Assembly (NCBI RefSeq): GCF_032191835.1
Contig: NC_083223.1
Coordinates: 250,232,001 to 250,296,000, forward strand
From: Heteronotia binoei
Lineage: Eukaryota
DNA length: 64,000 bases
Direction: 5' to 3'
The notes under the pieces are model-generated. The model saw only the letters and a list, made by a program, of their open reading frames with translations, had not been told where the DNA came from and did no database searches. Positions 1 to 12,400 of this stretch are shown here, one piece after another. The position numbers and the translations under genes were made by a program. Position 1 is the first letter of the stretch. Each line of letters starts with the position of its first letter.

Positions 1-651
1 TCCTGTTACCCACCTGAGAGTCTTAAGCTGGGAAACATTCAGAAGACCCACGTCCCCAAACCTGTCTGAGACAGAGAATTGAGATTCTCTCCCTCTCTTT
101 AGCCTTTCTGTAGGTTATCTTCCAGGAGTCGCTCATGCACAGTAGCTGTGCAAGAACACAGGAGTTTACATGGAGGGGTGAGGGGAGAAGCCTGGGCATC
201 ATGATAGGCTAGGGGTGCTCACTTGACCATTCTTGATTAAATCTCTAAAGTTCCCCATCCTCCCAATATAGAGGAATATCCATAGCTTGATAATCTGTGC
301 ATTGTATGCAGCCAGGTTCAGTCCATGACAACTCTAGTGAAAGGGTATCTTTCTCTCCCTCTCTTGCTCACTGCTGTTTCCCTCTGACTTTTCCTCTGTC
401 CAGATTTTGAGGCTGGAAATAAACTAAGAAGGGGTAGTAGAGAGAACGTTCAAGCCCTCCTTTCATACTAGCCATCTTTCTGTTGCAGAGTACCTTATCT
501 TTACTATGGTGACCTTGAGAGTGGGCTGCATAGTGTGCTTTCTGTGGAGTCTGCCTTTTAAAGATACTTGTAAGGTGTGTCTGATCCAGATGAGCGCTAG
601 CTAGAGAAATTGTATTATGCTTACCTCTGCAGGTCTACATGGAGTACCATT

Positions 652-1260
652 TTAAGAACACAAGAACCCTGCTGGATCAGACCATTGGTCCATCTAGTCC
701 AACCTCCTGTCTAACACAGCGGCCAACCAGTTCCTCTGGAGGTCCAACAACAGGGCATAGAGATGGAGACCTTCCCTTGATGTTGCCCCCTGGCTCTGGG
801 ATTCAGAGGTTTTGTGCCTCTGCCCTTGAAAGTTGCCTTCAGTCACCACTGATAGAGCTATCCTCCATTAATCTGATTCCATTAAAGCTGTTTATTCCTG
901 TGGCCATCACTACATCCTCTGTCAGCAAATTCCACATTTCATTAACTCTCTGTGTAAAGAAGTATTTGCTTTTGTCTATCCTGAATTTGCTGCCCATCAG
1001 TTTCATTAGATGCCCCTGAGTTCTAGTATATTAGGAGAGGGAGAAAAAATTCTCTCCACCCCATGCATAATCGTATAAACCTCTATCATGTCTCCCCTAA
1101 GTTACCTCTTTCCTAAACTGAAAACTCCCAGACTCTTCAGCCTTTCCTCATAGGGTAGGTGGTCCACCCCCTTAATCATCTTCATTGCCCTCCTCTGTAC
1201 TTTTCCAGCTCAGCAATGTCCTTTTTGAAAGACGGTGACCAGAACTGTATTCCAAATGAG
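652..1260 (-). mobile_element. CR1 LINE 3' fragment
   Basis: Antisense TAAGAAC tail, then 3' UTR and degraded RT C-terminus; same family as 63703-63950. Confidence 0.7.
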
Positions 1261-2342
1261 GCCGCATCATAGACAATGTTTCCTCTAATCCACACCCCCC
1301 TCCCCCCGCTGAGCAAAGAAGTTTACATCTTGAGAGAATATAATTGCTATAATTTTAAAATTGTCAATGGGCAATGGCTTCTGCTGAGTGGGGCTTCCTG
1401 TGTCAATGAGTGGCTGCTCATGCACACAGCTTAGAGGGAACACTGACATTGATCTGTACAGGGGCACTATAATAACGTTTTATGTTCTTTTCCTAATAAT
1501 CCCGAATTCCCTAATTCCTAATTTTGTGTACAGGGCCAATCCCAAGAAATAAAGATGTTTCGCTCTGCCTTGGCTTCCTGGCATTTTTGGGGAGTACCCA
1601 TATGATGTTGTCTTATATTTATCCTGCTTTTGTGATTTCTCCCCCTTTGCTGTGATAGTTCCCAAACCTGGTCTGATAATGGTCTTTTCGCAGTCAAAGC
1701 GCCTTTAAATGCTGCGTGGACAGGAAGATGAGCATTTTTGCAGAGTCTGCCCACATTTGGTGCTATTGTCCTTACCTCAGTGCCCTACAGTTGCCATTCC
1801 TCCCCATAGAATGTTTTTTTCAGGGCTTTTAAAAATTGTGACTAGATGTGTTGCTGTAGCACAGTAGTGTTATAACAAGCTATTTCTATGATCAACTAGT
1901 TCACAGCTTTCACTTTTTGAAAAAAGTAAGTTATGGTGGAGTTGTAAGGGGAAAGATGCAGGTTGTACTTTTTTCTTTACATCTCTGCAATGAAAAGGCC
2001 AAAGGCTCACTGCATTTTTAAAATAAAGATGGGAACTAGTAGATTGTAGCAATAGATGGTTATAACACTATAGCTGTCTAGCAAGTCCTAATTTTAAAAA
2101 AGCTGAAAAAAATTCCTCCACTGGCAGCAGTGGGGGAGGTAGCTACAAAGGACTGACGAAAGGAAAGTGTGCAGAAATCTTTGTGTGAATGCTCCACTGC
2201 CACACACATGTCTCTACATTTGCTGCAGAAACAAGATCTTCATGGGGAAGCAGCCCTGGTGTTGAATTTTGAAAGGCCTTAGCAAGCATGATTCAGGATA
2301 CTGAAATGTACATCATCTTCTGGGTATTTTTCCTTGTGCTTT

Positions 2343-2720
2343 TTCATAGAAACAGCTGGAAGGGACCCCAAGGGTCATCTAGTCCAACTACCTGCACAAT
2401 ACAGGAAATTCATAGCTACCTCCCACTCCTCCAGGATCCCTGGGCCATTTTAGTTTGGAGAAGAATTCCTTCCTGACCTCAAAGTGGCTATCAGCATTAC
2501 CCGGGGCATATAAGAAAGGGCCACGAGAGCCAAGCACTGGCTTATCCCTTCCCTCTCATGATCCTCTCCCTCTCATAACCCGCCTAAATTCATAGTGAGT
2601 TATAAAATTAGCATTGTTGTCAGATAGCCATCTAGCCTCTGCTTAACAACCTTCCAAGAAAGGGAGCCCACCACCTCCCAAGGAAGCCTGTTCTATTGAG
2701 GAACTGGTCTAAGGAAGTTC
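2343..2720 (-). mobile_element. CR1 LINE 3' fragment (second family)
   Basis: Antisense CATAGAA tail and GGAAGGGACC..GGTCATCTAGTCCAAC motif; similar to 42143-42870 and 56695-57327. Confidence 0.65.
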
Positions 2721-3337
2721 TTCCTGGCTGCCACATCTGTTGGGTTTGCTTGTTTCTGACTTTTAAAAAGCAAAGTTCTTTTTGAAGTTGGAGCTGCTGG
2801 AGAATCTGAGGTGGTGTGTTGATTGTTTTATGTATTGGTGTATACATAAGTAAAATGGTGTTCCCTTAATGCAAAGCTTGTTGTGCAAGTGGCATGGTTC
2901 TTACCATGCCCCATTTTGAAAATGTATTCTTTAACTTCACTACTAAATTATAAATTAAAAATGAATGCCCAGTTATACATAATGTTCCGTTTCTAGTGCT
3001 GCATCTTGCAGGAGTGGAAATAGGCCTATACACTGAAAACCTTGGTGTACTTGAGGTTTTGTCTTTTGCAACAGTTTTCTGCAGCTTTAAAAAAAATGCT
3101 TCCACTGATGTCATGGCCTTCACGTTAGCAGAAGCAGACAGTAGGATACATGCCACTGCTTTAGCTTTAGCTTTAGGAACTGAACTGTAATTTTTTAATT
3201 ATAGTTTTATTGTGATTTTGTGCTGTTAGAAATGGTTTGTCAATGTAATATGTGAATAAAGTCTGTGGTTGAGCCGATGTATCTCCCTAGCCTGAAATCT
3301 TTTTAACTGGTGTGTCCTTTTCTCCCCGAACTGCCAG

Positions 3338-3419
3338 TTTTCATTGTGTGGCAATAATTTTCTTCGTCCTTGGCCTGGGAACTCTCCTTCCCTGGAACTT
3401 CTTCATCACAGCTATTCCG
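3338..3419 (+). CDS. SLC29A2: SLC29A2 exon 2 (TM1)
   Basis: ccag|T TTT CAT..CCG|gtgagt, 82 nt, FHCVAIIFFVLGLGTLLPWNFFITAIP. Confidence 0.95.
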
Positions 3420-6400
3420 GTGAGTCTTTTAACTCTGAATGCATTTTTGGGCAACAAAGATAGGGAGTTGTCTTCCCGGACTCTGCCCCTGCTCAGATTC
3501 AAACTTTAAATTTTATTCCTCTGTCTGCATTTACCGTAATTCTTGTTTTAAAATCCTGAAGCATGCCAGTCCTTTACTCTGCACTGCCACAGTCTGTGTG
3601 TTGGGTGAGCCCATGGGATTTCATGTTAGCATGGGGAGGCTCTAAATGTTGGGCTTAGTATTGACTTACTTGGATGTATGTGGCCTCAGCCTGGAGTTTC
3701 AAAGCAGCAGATGATCTCCCTCCCACTGATCAGTGTTGGCTGATTGGTACACAGATTGCTTGGGTATGATTACAGACAAGTGCAAGGGTTCTTTGATACT
3801 CTCTATATACGAGGGCAAGATTGCAAAGAACACCAGTGGACCTTTAATTGAACAAATGTAGTTCCATTGTGGATAAATGCACAAATTCACACTAATCACT
3901 CAAGCAAAATAATAGCCATAGCTCAACATACACAAACCTAAGAATAAGCGGGGTGATTGATAGTGACAAGAAGGGACTGAATATAGATTAGGGTGATGTT
4001 CACCTGATCCTGAAGACTGGAATCCACGTAGAGAGGCGGGGAGGGGACACAGCCAGCCAGCAGTTCGTATCAAGACAGAGACTGAGGGTGCTCTCTTATG
4101 GGCGCCTCAAGAGCTGCACAAATTTGGGGTGCAGAATGCCAGTTTAAATCTGCTTTTGGGAGTCAGGGGTGGACTGGCTTGAGGTGTAATGAGTAGCCAG
4201 ATTAAAACTGAGCATATGTAGCATGCTTGGTTTGTGCTTCTGAGGTCCAGAAAGGGACCAGTGTTTGTGTTTCTGTGTGTCAGCGACTCAGTGTTGGGTG
4301 GGGGAAAGGTGGTAGACCTTCGAAATTGCTTTGAAGGAGACAGTGCCATTTGCCAAGGCTCTTCAGGAATCAGAAGAGATGAGGTTAAGGATTAGTAGGG
4401 GGCGTATCTCTGTTGATTGTATCTGTCATGAGATCCTGTACATGCTCGCTCTGGGTGCTCCTTATGGCTTGGTTTCTCTTAGGTCTGTTAGGCTGATTCA
4501 AAATGCAGTCTTTTCTGGCTCTTCATTGCCTGCCTTTGACAGCTCATTTTGAGATGCGGGCCCCTGGCCTTACTGCCTTTCTGGTGGCCAGATCCCTCGA
4601 GGTTTGGGGAGAGGGAGCTGTAGCAAAGGGTATACCAGGGGAGGCAACATACCAAGCCAAGCGCAGCCCACCAATATATAGGGTTGCCAACCCCAGGTTC
4701 AGAAATACCTGAATATTTGAAGGTGGAGGTTAGGAGTTTAGGGAGGGGAGGTATCTTAGTAGGGTATAATGGCATGCAGTCCACTTTCCAAAGCAGCCAT
4801 TTTCTCCAGGAGTGGTGGAAGAAATGTTTTCAATAAATAAATGATAAATAAGTGATTTTATGCAGTCTAGAAATCAGTTGTAATTCTGGGAGCTCTTCAG
4901 CCCCCACCTGGAGGCTGGCAACCCTATACAGTATGTATCACTCTCATATAGATAGCTGGCAATCCCACTCTTCTCATAGTCCTAATTACATGCTCTATGT
5001 TTCCTGGATCCGTCCCCAGATTCAGCCAATTGAGCCCAGTTCTTCAATCAATTCAGTCAATTGAAAGCGAGTTTGGTGTAGTGGTTAAGAACGTGGACTC
5101 TTATCTTGCATAACCAGATTTGATTCCCCACTCCTCCACTTGCAGCTGCTGGAATGGCCTTGGGTTAGCCATAGCTCTCGTAAGAGTTGTCTTTAAAAGG
5201 GAAGCATCTGAGAGAGGTCTCTCAGCCCCACCTGCCTCACAGGGTGTCTGTTGTGGGGGAGGAAGATAAAGCAGATTGTAAGCCGCTCTGAGACTCTGAT
5301 TCAGAGAGAAGGGCGGGATATAAATCTGTGGTCTTCTTCTTTGGCATGTAGGGACCCAATTCATAGTAAAACCATGGCACAAGGGGAGAGGGGGATTAAG
5401 CACTCCCCCCCCCAGCCATTTTCCTGTCTTGAAATGACCTTGGAGGATTGCTGTTTGCTCTACTGAAGAACACTTCTCCAGTGAGGCAAAGAGTGACGCC
5501 TCAGGGCCATTTCAGGTCAGGATAAAGACATGGAGGGGGAGGCTTAAAGCTTCTCTCTCCAGATGTAGCAGTCTGAATTTGGCCCATGAGTGCCTGGGAA
5601 TTAAATTTCCAGTATCAGAATCAGGGTGTGTCTGGTAGAATGGCTCTGGGGAGCACAGAAAGAAAATACTGTGTGGTCTTAGGCCTTCCCAGGCAGTCAT
5701 TACCAAGAATTCTAATGGGCCTCCAGAAATGCCCATTGGGACTAGATTCATTTTGATCAAATGCTGCTCATAGGCTGTTGACTCGGTTTGGTCTAATCCC
5801 TGCCCTTTTATGGACCTGTTTTAGAGTGCACAAAGAGGCAATCAGGAAATTGTAAGTTAAGAGGCACACTTAGAATATGGACAATCTTGTTTATTTAGCC
5901 TCTGTTTTTATGAGGTTTTCTGAAATTGTCCTGTTTTTTTTGTTTTCCATTGCATTGCTTTTTGCTTGGTAGAAGATCGTCCAGAGATGCTGCCAAAATC
6001 CCTAACTGAGGCTGTGTTCCAATGGAACTTAAGATGGGGAGGAGGGGTGAGGCTGTGGCTCAATGTTAGAGCATCTGTTTTGCATGCAGGATGTCCCAGA
6101 TCCACTCCTGGCCAGCTCCAGGATTTTTTTTAAGGGTTAGTTAGTAGGTGATGTAGAAGACCTCTGCCTGAGAGCTCAGAGAGCTGCAGCCAATCAGGCA
6201 GCAGTGACCTGGATGGACCAGTGGTCTGCCTGAGTGTAAGCCAGCTTCATATGTACACAGCTCTAAGGTCAAAGGAATACAGCTAGGGCATGTACTGAGC
6301 TAAGCAGCCCCAGGACTCAAGCCCTGACTTTATTTAGTATCCCACGCTCAGCTCTGGAATGTGTGGCATAGCATGAATGAAGAGTGCCTCTGGGCATAAG

Positions 6401-9400
6401 CAGATTTTACCCCCACCCTTTTAACCACATTTATCCTGGGTTTCAAGGGACCAGTTCCTGGGCAAATATGAACCTCAGTTGTTAAATTTGACCCTTTTCA
6501 TAGTATTTCCAGTCTCGGCTTATTGTGGGGAACTGCTCAGCTGATGGAGAGAATGAGAATGGGACCGTCCCTGGCCTTGAACCCTTTCCTGGCTGTACAG
6601 ATGACTTCAACTTCAGCAACTGGCTGGCTCTGCTTTCCCAGCTGCCTTTACTCCTCTTCACCCTCCTCAACTCCCTCCTCTACCAATGGTGAGAACAGCC
6701 GTGGTCATGCTATTTAATCTCAGCTCAGGTTCCCACTTCTAGATTGGTTTCCCACTCTTCTTTCTCCACCCACACACACTCCAGCACAGCCCCTTCCACT
6801 TTGTTCTGTACGAACATGCCTGCCCCACCAGTTTTAAGTTCCTATATAAAAATGATCCATAGTCTTAAAGACTGTGTTGTGTTTGCTTTCAGAATGCTGC
6901 TGTGAAGTAGGCCATTATCTTTTTCCATTGTACAGCGGGCAGAATGAGTTGTCTGGCAGAAATATAAGAACATAAGAGAAGCCATGCTGGATCAGGCCAC
7001 TGGCCCATCCAGCCCAACACTCTGTATCACACGGAAGGTCCATCAGTGGAGCCAGGACACTATAACTGAACCTATGGCTCCCAAATCCTTTTCCAGAGGG
7101 ATTACAGAAGCTCAGCATAACTGGCAGAGCTGTAACAATTAAAGAAATTTCCCAAATGCTCAGAAATTTGGGCCTGAAGTCAGGCCTCTCCCTGATCTAT
7201 CAATTATTTGTACATTCAGTCCCTTCCAGTTTTGTGTTTTGATGTTTGTGGGATACCCCTTGGCAGTCTGAGTGTTCCCCCTCAGACTTTCTTTCCCTTT
7301 CTGAGTGTTCCCCTTTCTGAGTGTTCCCCCTCCTCCTTCCCACCTTGTCCATTGAATAGTAGGTGCAGCTGCATAACAATCCCTGGATGAGCTCCACCAC
7401 CTATTTTTATACAAAACGACCCCTGCCCCTTGGTACAGGGAAATGTATGTATGGTGGGGGGGGGACGCAAACAGTAAAGGTCAGGATAGTAGTAAGTCTC
7501 ATAAATTTCTCTACATAGGATTTATGTGTATATCGAATTTACATGCATGGGGGGAGAGTAGGCACGGATGCACTGGCCCCACCTGCATGTGATTGTTTGC
7601 TCATGACCAAGGCATCCATGCACATAGGGAGGATATGCATGTAGATGCCATCCCCATTATCAGGAATGCTTGAAAAAGCAGCATACCCAACCAAGGGGAA
7701 TGGCATGTACATTCCTATGCACCCAGGTGCTGTCTTCATGAGCTGGCAGTCATGCATAGGTGGTGGAGGCAGAGGCAGCCTCTCCTCTGTTCCCTGGCTC
7801 TGAACTCATACAATCTGGTTTTCACGTTGCATTGCCTTCTTGTCTCTCCCCGCCCCCCTGCCAGCATTCCAGACAAAGTGCGTGTTCAAGGCAGCCTCTT
7901 TGGGATCCTGTTCCTCTTCACACTGACGGCTACCCTTGTCAGGGTGAAGATGCCACCCCAGAGCTTTTTCTCCATCACCATGGCGAGTGTCTGGTTCATT
8001 AACTGTGAGTGAGTGATCTGGGACTTTTTTCTCTCTCTTCTCCCAGCCCTGTCAGATCTGTAGCAGGAGACTTCTGTTGCAGTCAGTAACCTAACTTTTG
8101 GAGGTTTGTAGCAAGGAAGGCCCTGGGAAGCAATCCAGAGCATAGAAGATGTGCTAATGATGACATTCCTGAGCATTTGTAAAATGCTTTGCATCTTGGA
8201 AGGTGGAATCCCTCTCCCCATAATTACAGATGGGGCCTCAAGCAGTTTACTTAAATCCACATGAAGAATTTGTGGTAGAGGCAAGGTCAGAACTTGGGGA
8301 GGTTCTGATTCACCACTTGGTTAGTGACTGCAGGACCGTGCCGTCCTGCAGCTGCTATGGGTATCGTTGTGCCTCTATCCCAGATGCTGTACAGTTGCTC
8401 ACTGATGAAATTGCTGCCTTTGCTCCTTGTCTTTAACATCTACATGTCAGGTATAAATTCAACAGGCATAGCTTTCTCTGACCTAATAAATAACATGTGG
8501 CAGTTTCTGCAGTGTTTGTCTTGTAGTGCTGTTGTTGAGGCTAGGGTTGTGCGATTGGCAGTGTGTGGGCATATCAGATCTTGGTGAGAGACTTAAGCTC
8601 CAGGACCTGGCTTTGAGATCTGCGTTTAGAGTTTGGGTTCAGTCTTGGGAGGTGTGAGCTGAAAAGATGCCTTCGAGATTGTGCAGAGTACATTTCCTTT
8701 GCTGCCAAGTAAACAGATATATAACCCACCCATCCTGGGGGAAAGGGCTCACAGAATCCTGCCCCCATCTTGGTTTTCTTAAATTATAATTGATGTTCTG
8801 ATTTGTGGTCTTTTTCTTCCCTTTGCACCAGGCTTCTGTGCCATCCTGCAAGGCAGCCTCTTTGGGCAGTTGGGCTCCTTCCCGCAGAAGTTCAGCACCC
8901 TCTTCCTGAGTGGCCAGGGCATGGCAGGAACTTTTGCTGCCATCGCCATGGTGCTGTCCATGGCCAGTGAGTACCTTGGGGGAGGAAGCATTTGGTAATG
9001 GGCTACTGACTGTAGTCCTAGAACATCTGTCTTGGTTTGGGGTACTGAGAACAAGAAATCTGTCACACAAGCAAAGATGACATTGCTTATCACCCATTCT
9101 CCTGGCCTTCTGGTCTCCCTTGACTGTCCATTCCTGCTATGAGCAAATGGGCAGCTTTGTCCTAGCCCCTGCATGTGGTAACTTTTATTAAGCTCCCCTG
9201 TTCTGCTCAGGCCATTCCTTTCCTCCACCTTCCCCCCCCCACTCAGATCTTTAACTCCTCCATCCATGCATCCTTCCTCTCACTGTGCTACCAGCTGTGT
9301 AGGCTCCCTGCCTGCTCAACACTCGCACCTTTCTTCCTCCCTTCTGCCCAGTCCGAGCTCCTTGTGATTCTGTTCTGCCATCCAAATAAATCTTTCCATG

Positions 9401-12400
9401 CCAGAGCTGACCCATTCATCAGCATACCTTCAGAGCCAACCCCACACAGAATGGTTAGAATATCTGTGAACATTTTGTGGCATCAGCCAATGGCTGGGAG
9501 AGCCTCATAGGCAACAATGAAATGATGACCAATTCTTAGGTCTGTTTTTCTAATACAAAAATTAGAGCAAGTTCTAGCTTTAACCCCATGCTTTGCTCCT
9601 TGTATGCTTTTTGGCCACCAGGGCAGAGAGGACACGAGGTGGGAGATGTGTTTCTGGCGACTTTACACTTCCCCCCACACACACACCTTTTCTCTGGCCT
9701 TTCAGGTGGTGTCGATGCTGAGACCTCTGCTTTGAGCTATTTCATCACTCCCTGCTTTGGGACTTTTGTCTCGATCATCTGTTACCTTGTGCTACCCCAC
9801 CAGGTGAGGTGAAGCCCTTCCCTGCTATAAGGGGAGGCAGTGTGGGAGGAAGGGATTTGTGGCCTCGACCCAGAAGATGCATGAGTTCCATTGGACTAGA
9901 CCCAGCTGTTTTGAGTCCTTGAAGTGGAAAACTTAAATGTTTTTTTTCCTGAAACCCAGTTAAAACAAAACAAAGCATTGTGGTAAATTAAATTGCAGGC
10001 AGACTACCCTTCCATGTCATGCCAAATTTGCTCTCCAAGAGCTTACGTCTGCTGAACAGTAGGGTCAGTTGTAGTTTGGCAAGAAACAGTGGCCAGGATG
10101 TGCCAAGTTTGGCACTCTTTTGTATGTGTGGGAGCACACAAGCACATCATGCTAAAACAGTGACAGTGCTTAAATTGGAAGCTCTGGTTCTGCTGTGTGA
10201 GTTGGTGCGTGCAAACCAATGGCATTGGCTTGCATTTGCTAAATTATTCTGCTTCATGTAGGATGCATAACAGCCAGGTGGAGGAAGGGAGAGGTGTCAT
10301 TCTATCAAAAATGTGAGGGTTTGGGTTTCTTTGTGAATTTGAGGACAGGAACTGGCATTGAAGTGAGACTGGAAAAGAGCATGTGGCTTTCTGAAAAACC
10401 TTGGAGAGGGAATAAATGTGTTGTTGGAAGGGGCAGAGCAGTGAACTTAGGACAGTGCTATTTCCTAGTTGCTTAAGAATCTCTCCTTTTTGAGCAGCCA
10501 TATCAGGAGATTCAGTGCATTCTGGAGACCCTCTGACACTTGAGTCAGCGTTGAATGACTGCTCTGATGCTGCCAGGAAGCAAATTGAATGTGCTTGAAT
10601 ATTTTATAGCCAGTGGACCTTTTGATTCTCTTGGTTTTACTGTTGCTTATGTCTTTTTTGATCCCTGGGCTCTCAAGTTTGCTTCTTCTCCCTTCCTGTA
10701 AAAACGAAAATCGTCCCATTTTATGTTCACTACAACCCTGCAAAAGGTGGGTCAGCTTTGTGGCTGAGGAGGAAGTTCATTCCTGTTTTCCTGTGTAGAT
10801 GCCATTATTGCTGCTGCTATTACCCTAGGTACCCACCCCTCACTAGCTGTCAATTCAAGGTGTGATCAAAGGCATGTAGAAAATTAGGACCCACTGCCTG
10901 CCTGTACATACCCCACACATATGCACAATTCATGTTGCATGTGAAACTAATCACAGATTGTAGTGATTAGTTTTGAGAGATGAAGGGGGCTGAAAGAAAG
11001 TGTGTAGGCTGGCTGAAATTTCCCTCCTTCCCTTCAGGACTTTGCCCGTCACTACCTGACGAAGAGACATCCGGAAGATCCAGGTTATGAACTGGAGACC
11101 AAGGCTGGGCTTCTCCCCCCAGGTGGGCATTGTCAAAGGAAAGAGGAAATGGGATTGCTGGACTTCACTTTGAAATGTTCATGGGGGAGGGAGCTGATGG
11201 GCTTTTGGACTCTGTTTGCTTTGGACTCTAGAGAAATATCAAAGGTATTTCTTTCCACAAGTGGCCATAGTTGGCTTTCCCTTTGCTAACATACATTGCT
11301 GCTATGTACCCGTCAGTCCACAGCAATAGCACCTAGCTTTTTCTTTTGTGTTTGTTTAGATTTTACTGGGGTTTTTAAACCATAGAAACAGGCCCCAAAG
11401 TTGGCTTGCAGTGATTCTAAGTTACAAATAGAAAGATGCAAGTGTTTTCTTTTTTAAAAAAGGATCAGTGAAGACAGATTTAGACATTAATGAAAACAGA
11501 CTAGCAGTAATTGCTAAAAACAGTCCAGCAACAATTATTAAATAAAACTAAGCCAGCCAGCTCATGCAAATACTTTTTGCAGCAACAGTGCTTTGTGTGA
11601 CACTGTTGAGACACTGTTGTGCCTGCAGAGCACAGTGGTGATGGAAAGTGCTGTCAAGTCACAGCCAATTTATGGTGACCCTGTAGGGGTTTCAAAGGAA
11701 GAGGTGATCCTGGACTTCCTTGGTGGTTTTCCATCCAAGTCCTAGGCAGAGCTGACCCTGTTTAGCTTCCAAGATCTGATGAGATTGGGCTACCCCGGGC
11801 CATTCAGGTCAGGGCATGGTAGAGGGAATGAATGGATCTTCATCATGGTCTCTGTGCAGTCCCACATGTGGGTCTTGCCCTTGGCGACGGATCCTAACTC
11901 GGAAACTCCAAAAGCTCGCTTGAGTGTTATTTTTGGCGCGCTTTCTGGCTCGCTCTGGGGAGCAGGCACCGACTGCGCATGCCTGGAGCGAGCGGAAGGC
12001 GCCCCTCCCACTCAGTTTCTTCCTAACTGCCTCTCGGACAACACCTACCTTGTTGCGTTCCCTCCTTAGCTCGTACTTCTCTTCATCTCTTCGTGTTCCT
12101 GTGGTATCGTATTCCTTCTGTTTTCTGTTTCTCTTTCTAATATTTTCGTCCCTATCTGTTTTTTAAAAAAAGAGGAGCCTTATTCTGCGCTTTTCTTTCT
12201 TTTCCCCTTCCCCCTCTTCCTCCCTTGTCCGGAGCGTATGGAAGGGAAAACTACTTTTAAAAAGTGCCGCAGATGCAGAGCTAAAATTCTGTCTACCAAC
12301 GGTCATTCCCACTGTCTTTTTTGCCTCGGGGAAGCCCAGAGTCAACTCTTGCCCCCACTGTGCTAGTTTTGGCAAGCAGGCACAGAAGAACAGATCCGCC

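Noticed and set aside
612-660. Acceptor-like CTGCAG|GTCTACATG and the 126-aa ORF 639-1019
   Set aside because: The ORF runs antisense through a CR1 3' end and resembles no host protein. A similar spurious ORF appears at the related repeat at 63714.
1-3337. SLC29A2 coding exon 1
   Set aside because: No ATG exon with a phase-2 donor and ENT2-like sequence, and no CpG island. It probably lies upstream of the window.
7268-7332. Three copies of CTGAGTGTTCCCC as a CRISPR-like or regulatory array
   Set aside because: Short, irregularly spaced repeats in eukaryotic intronic DNA, with no unique spacers and no cas genes.
11645-11818. 5S rRNA gene (also 25495 and 36790)
   Set aside because: Partial, diverged and fused to LINE-like tails, so SINE copies rather than rRNA genes.
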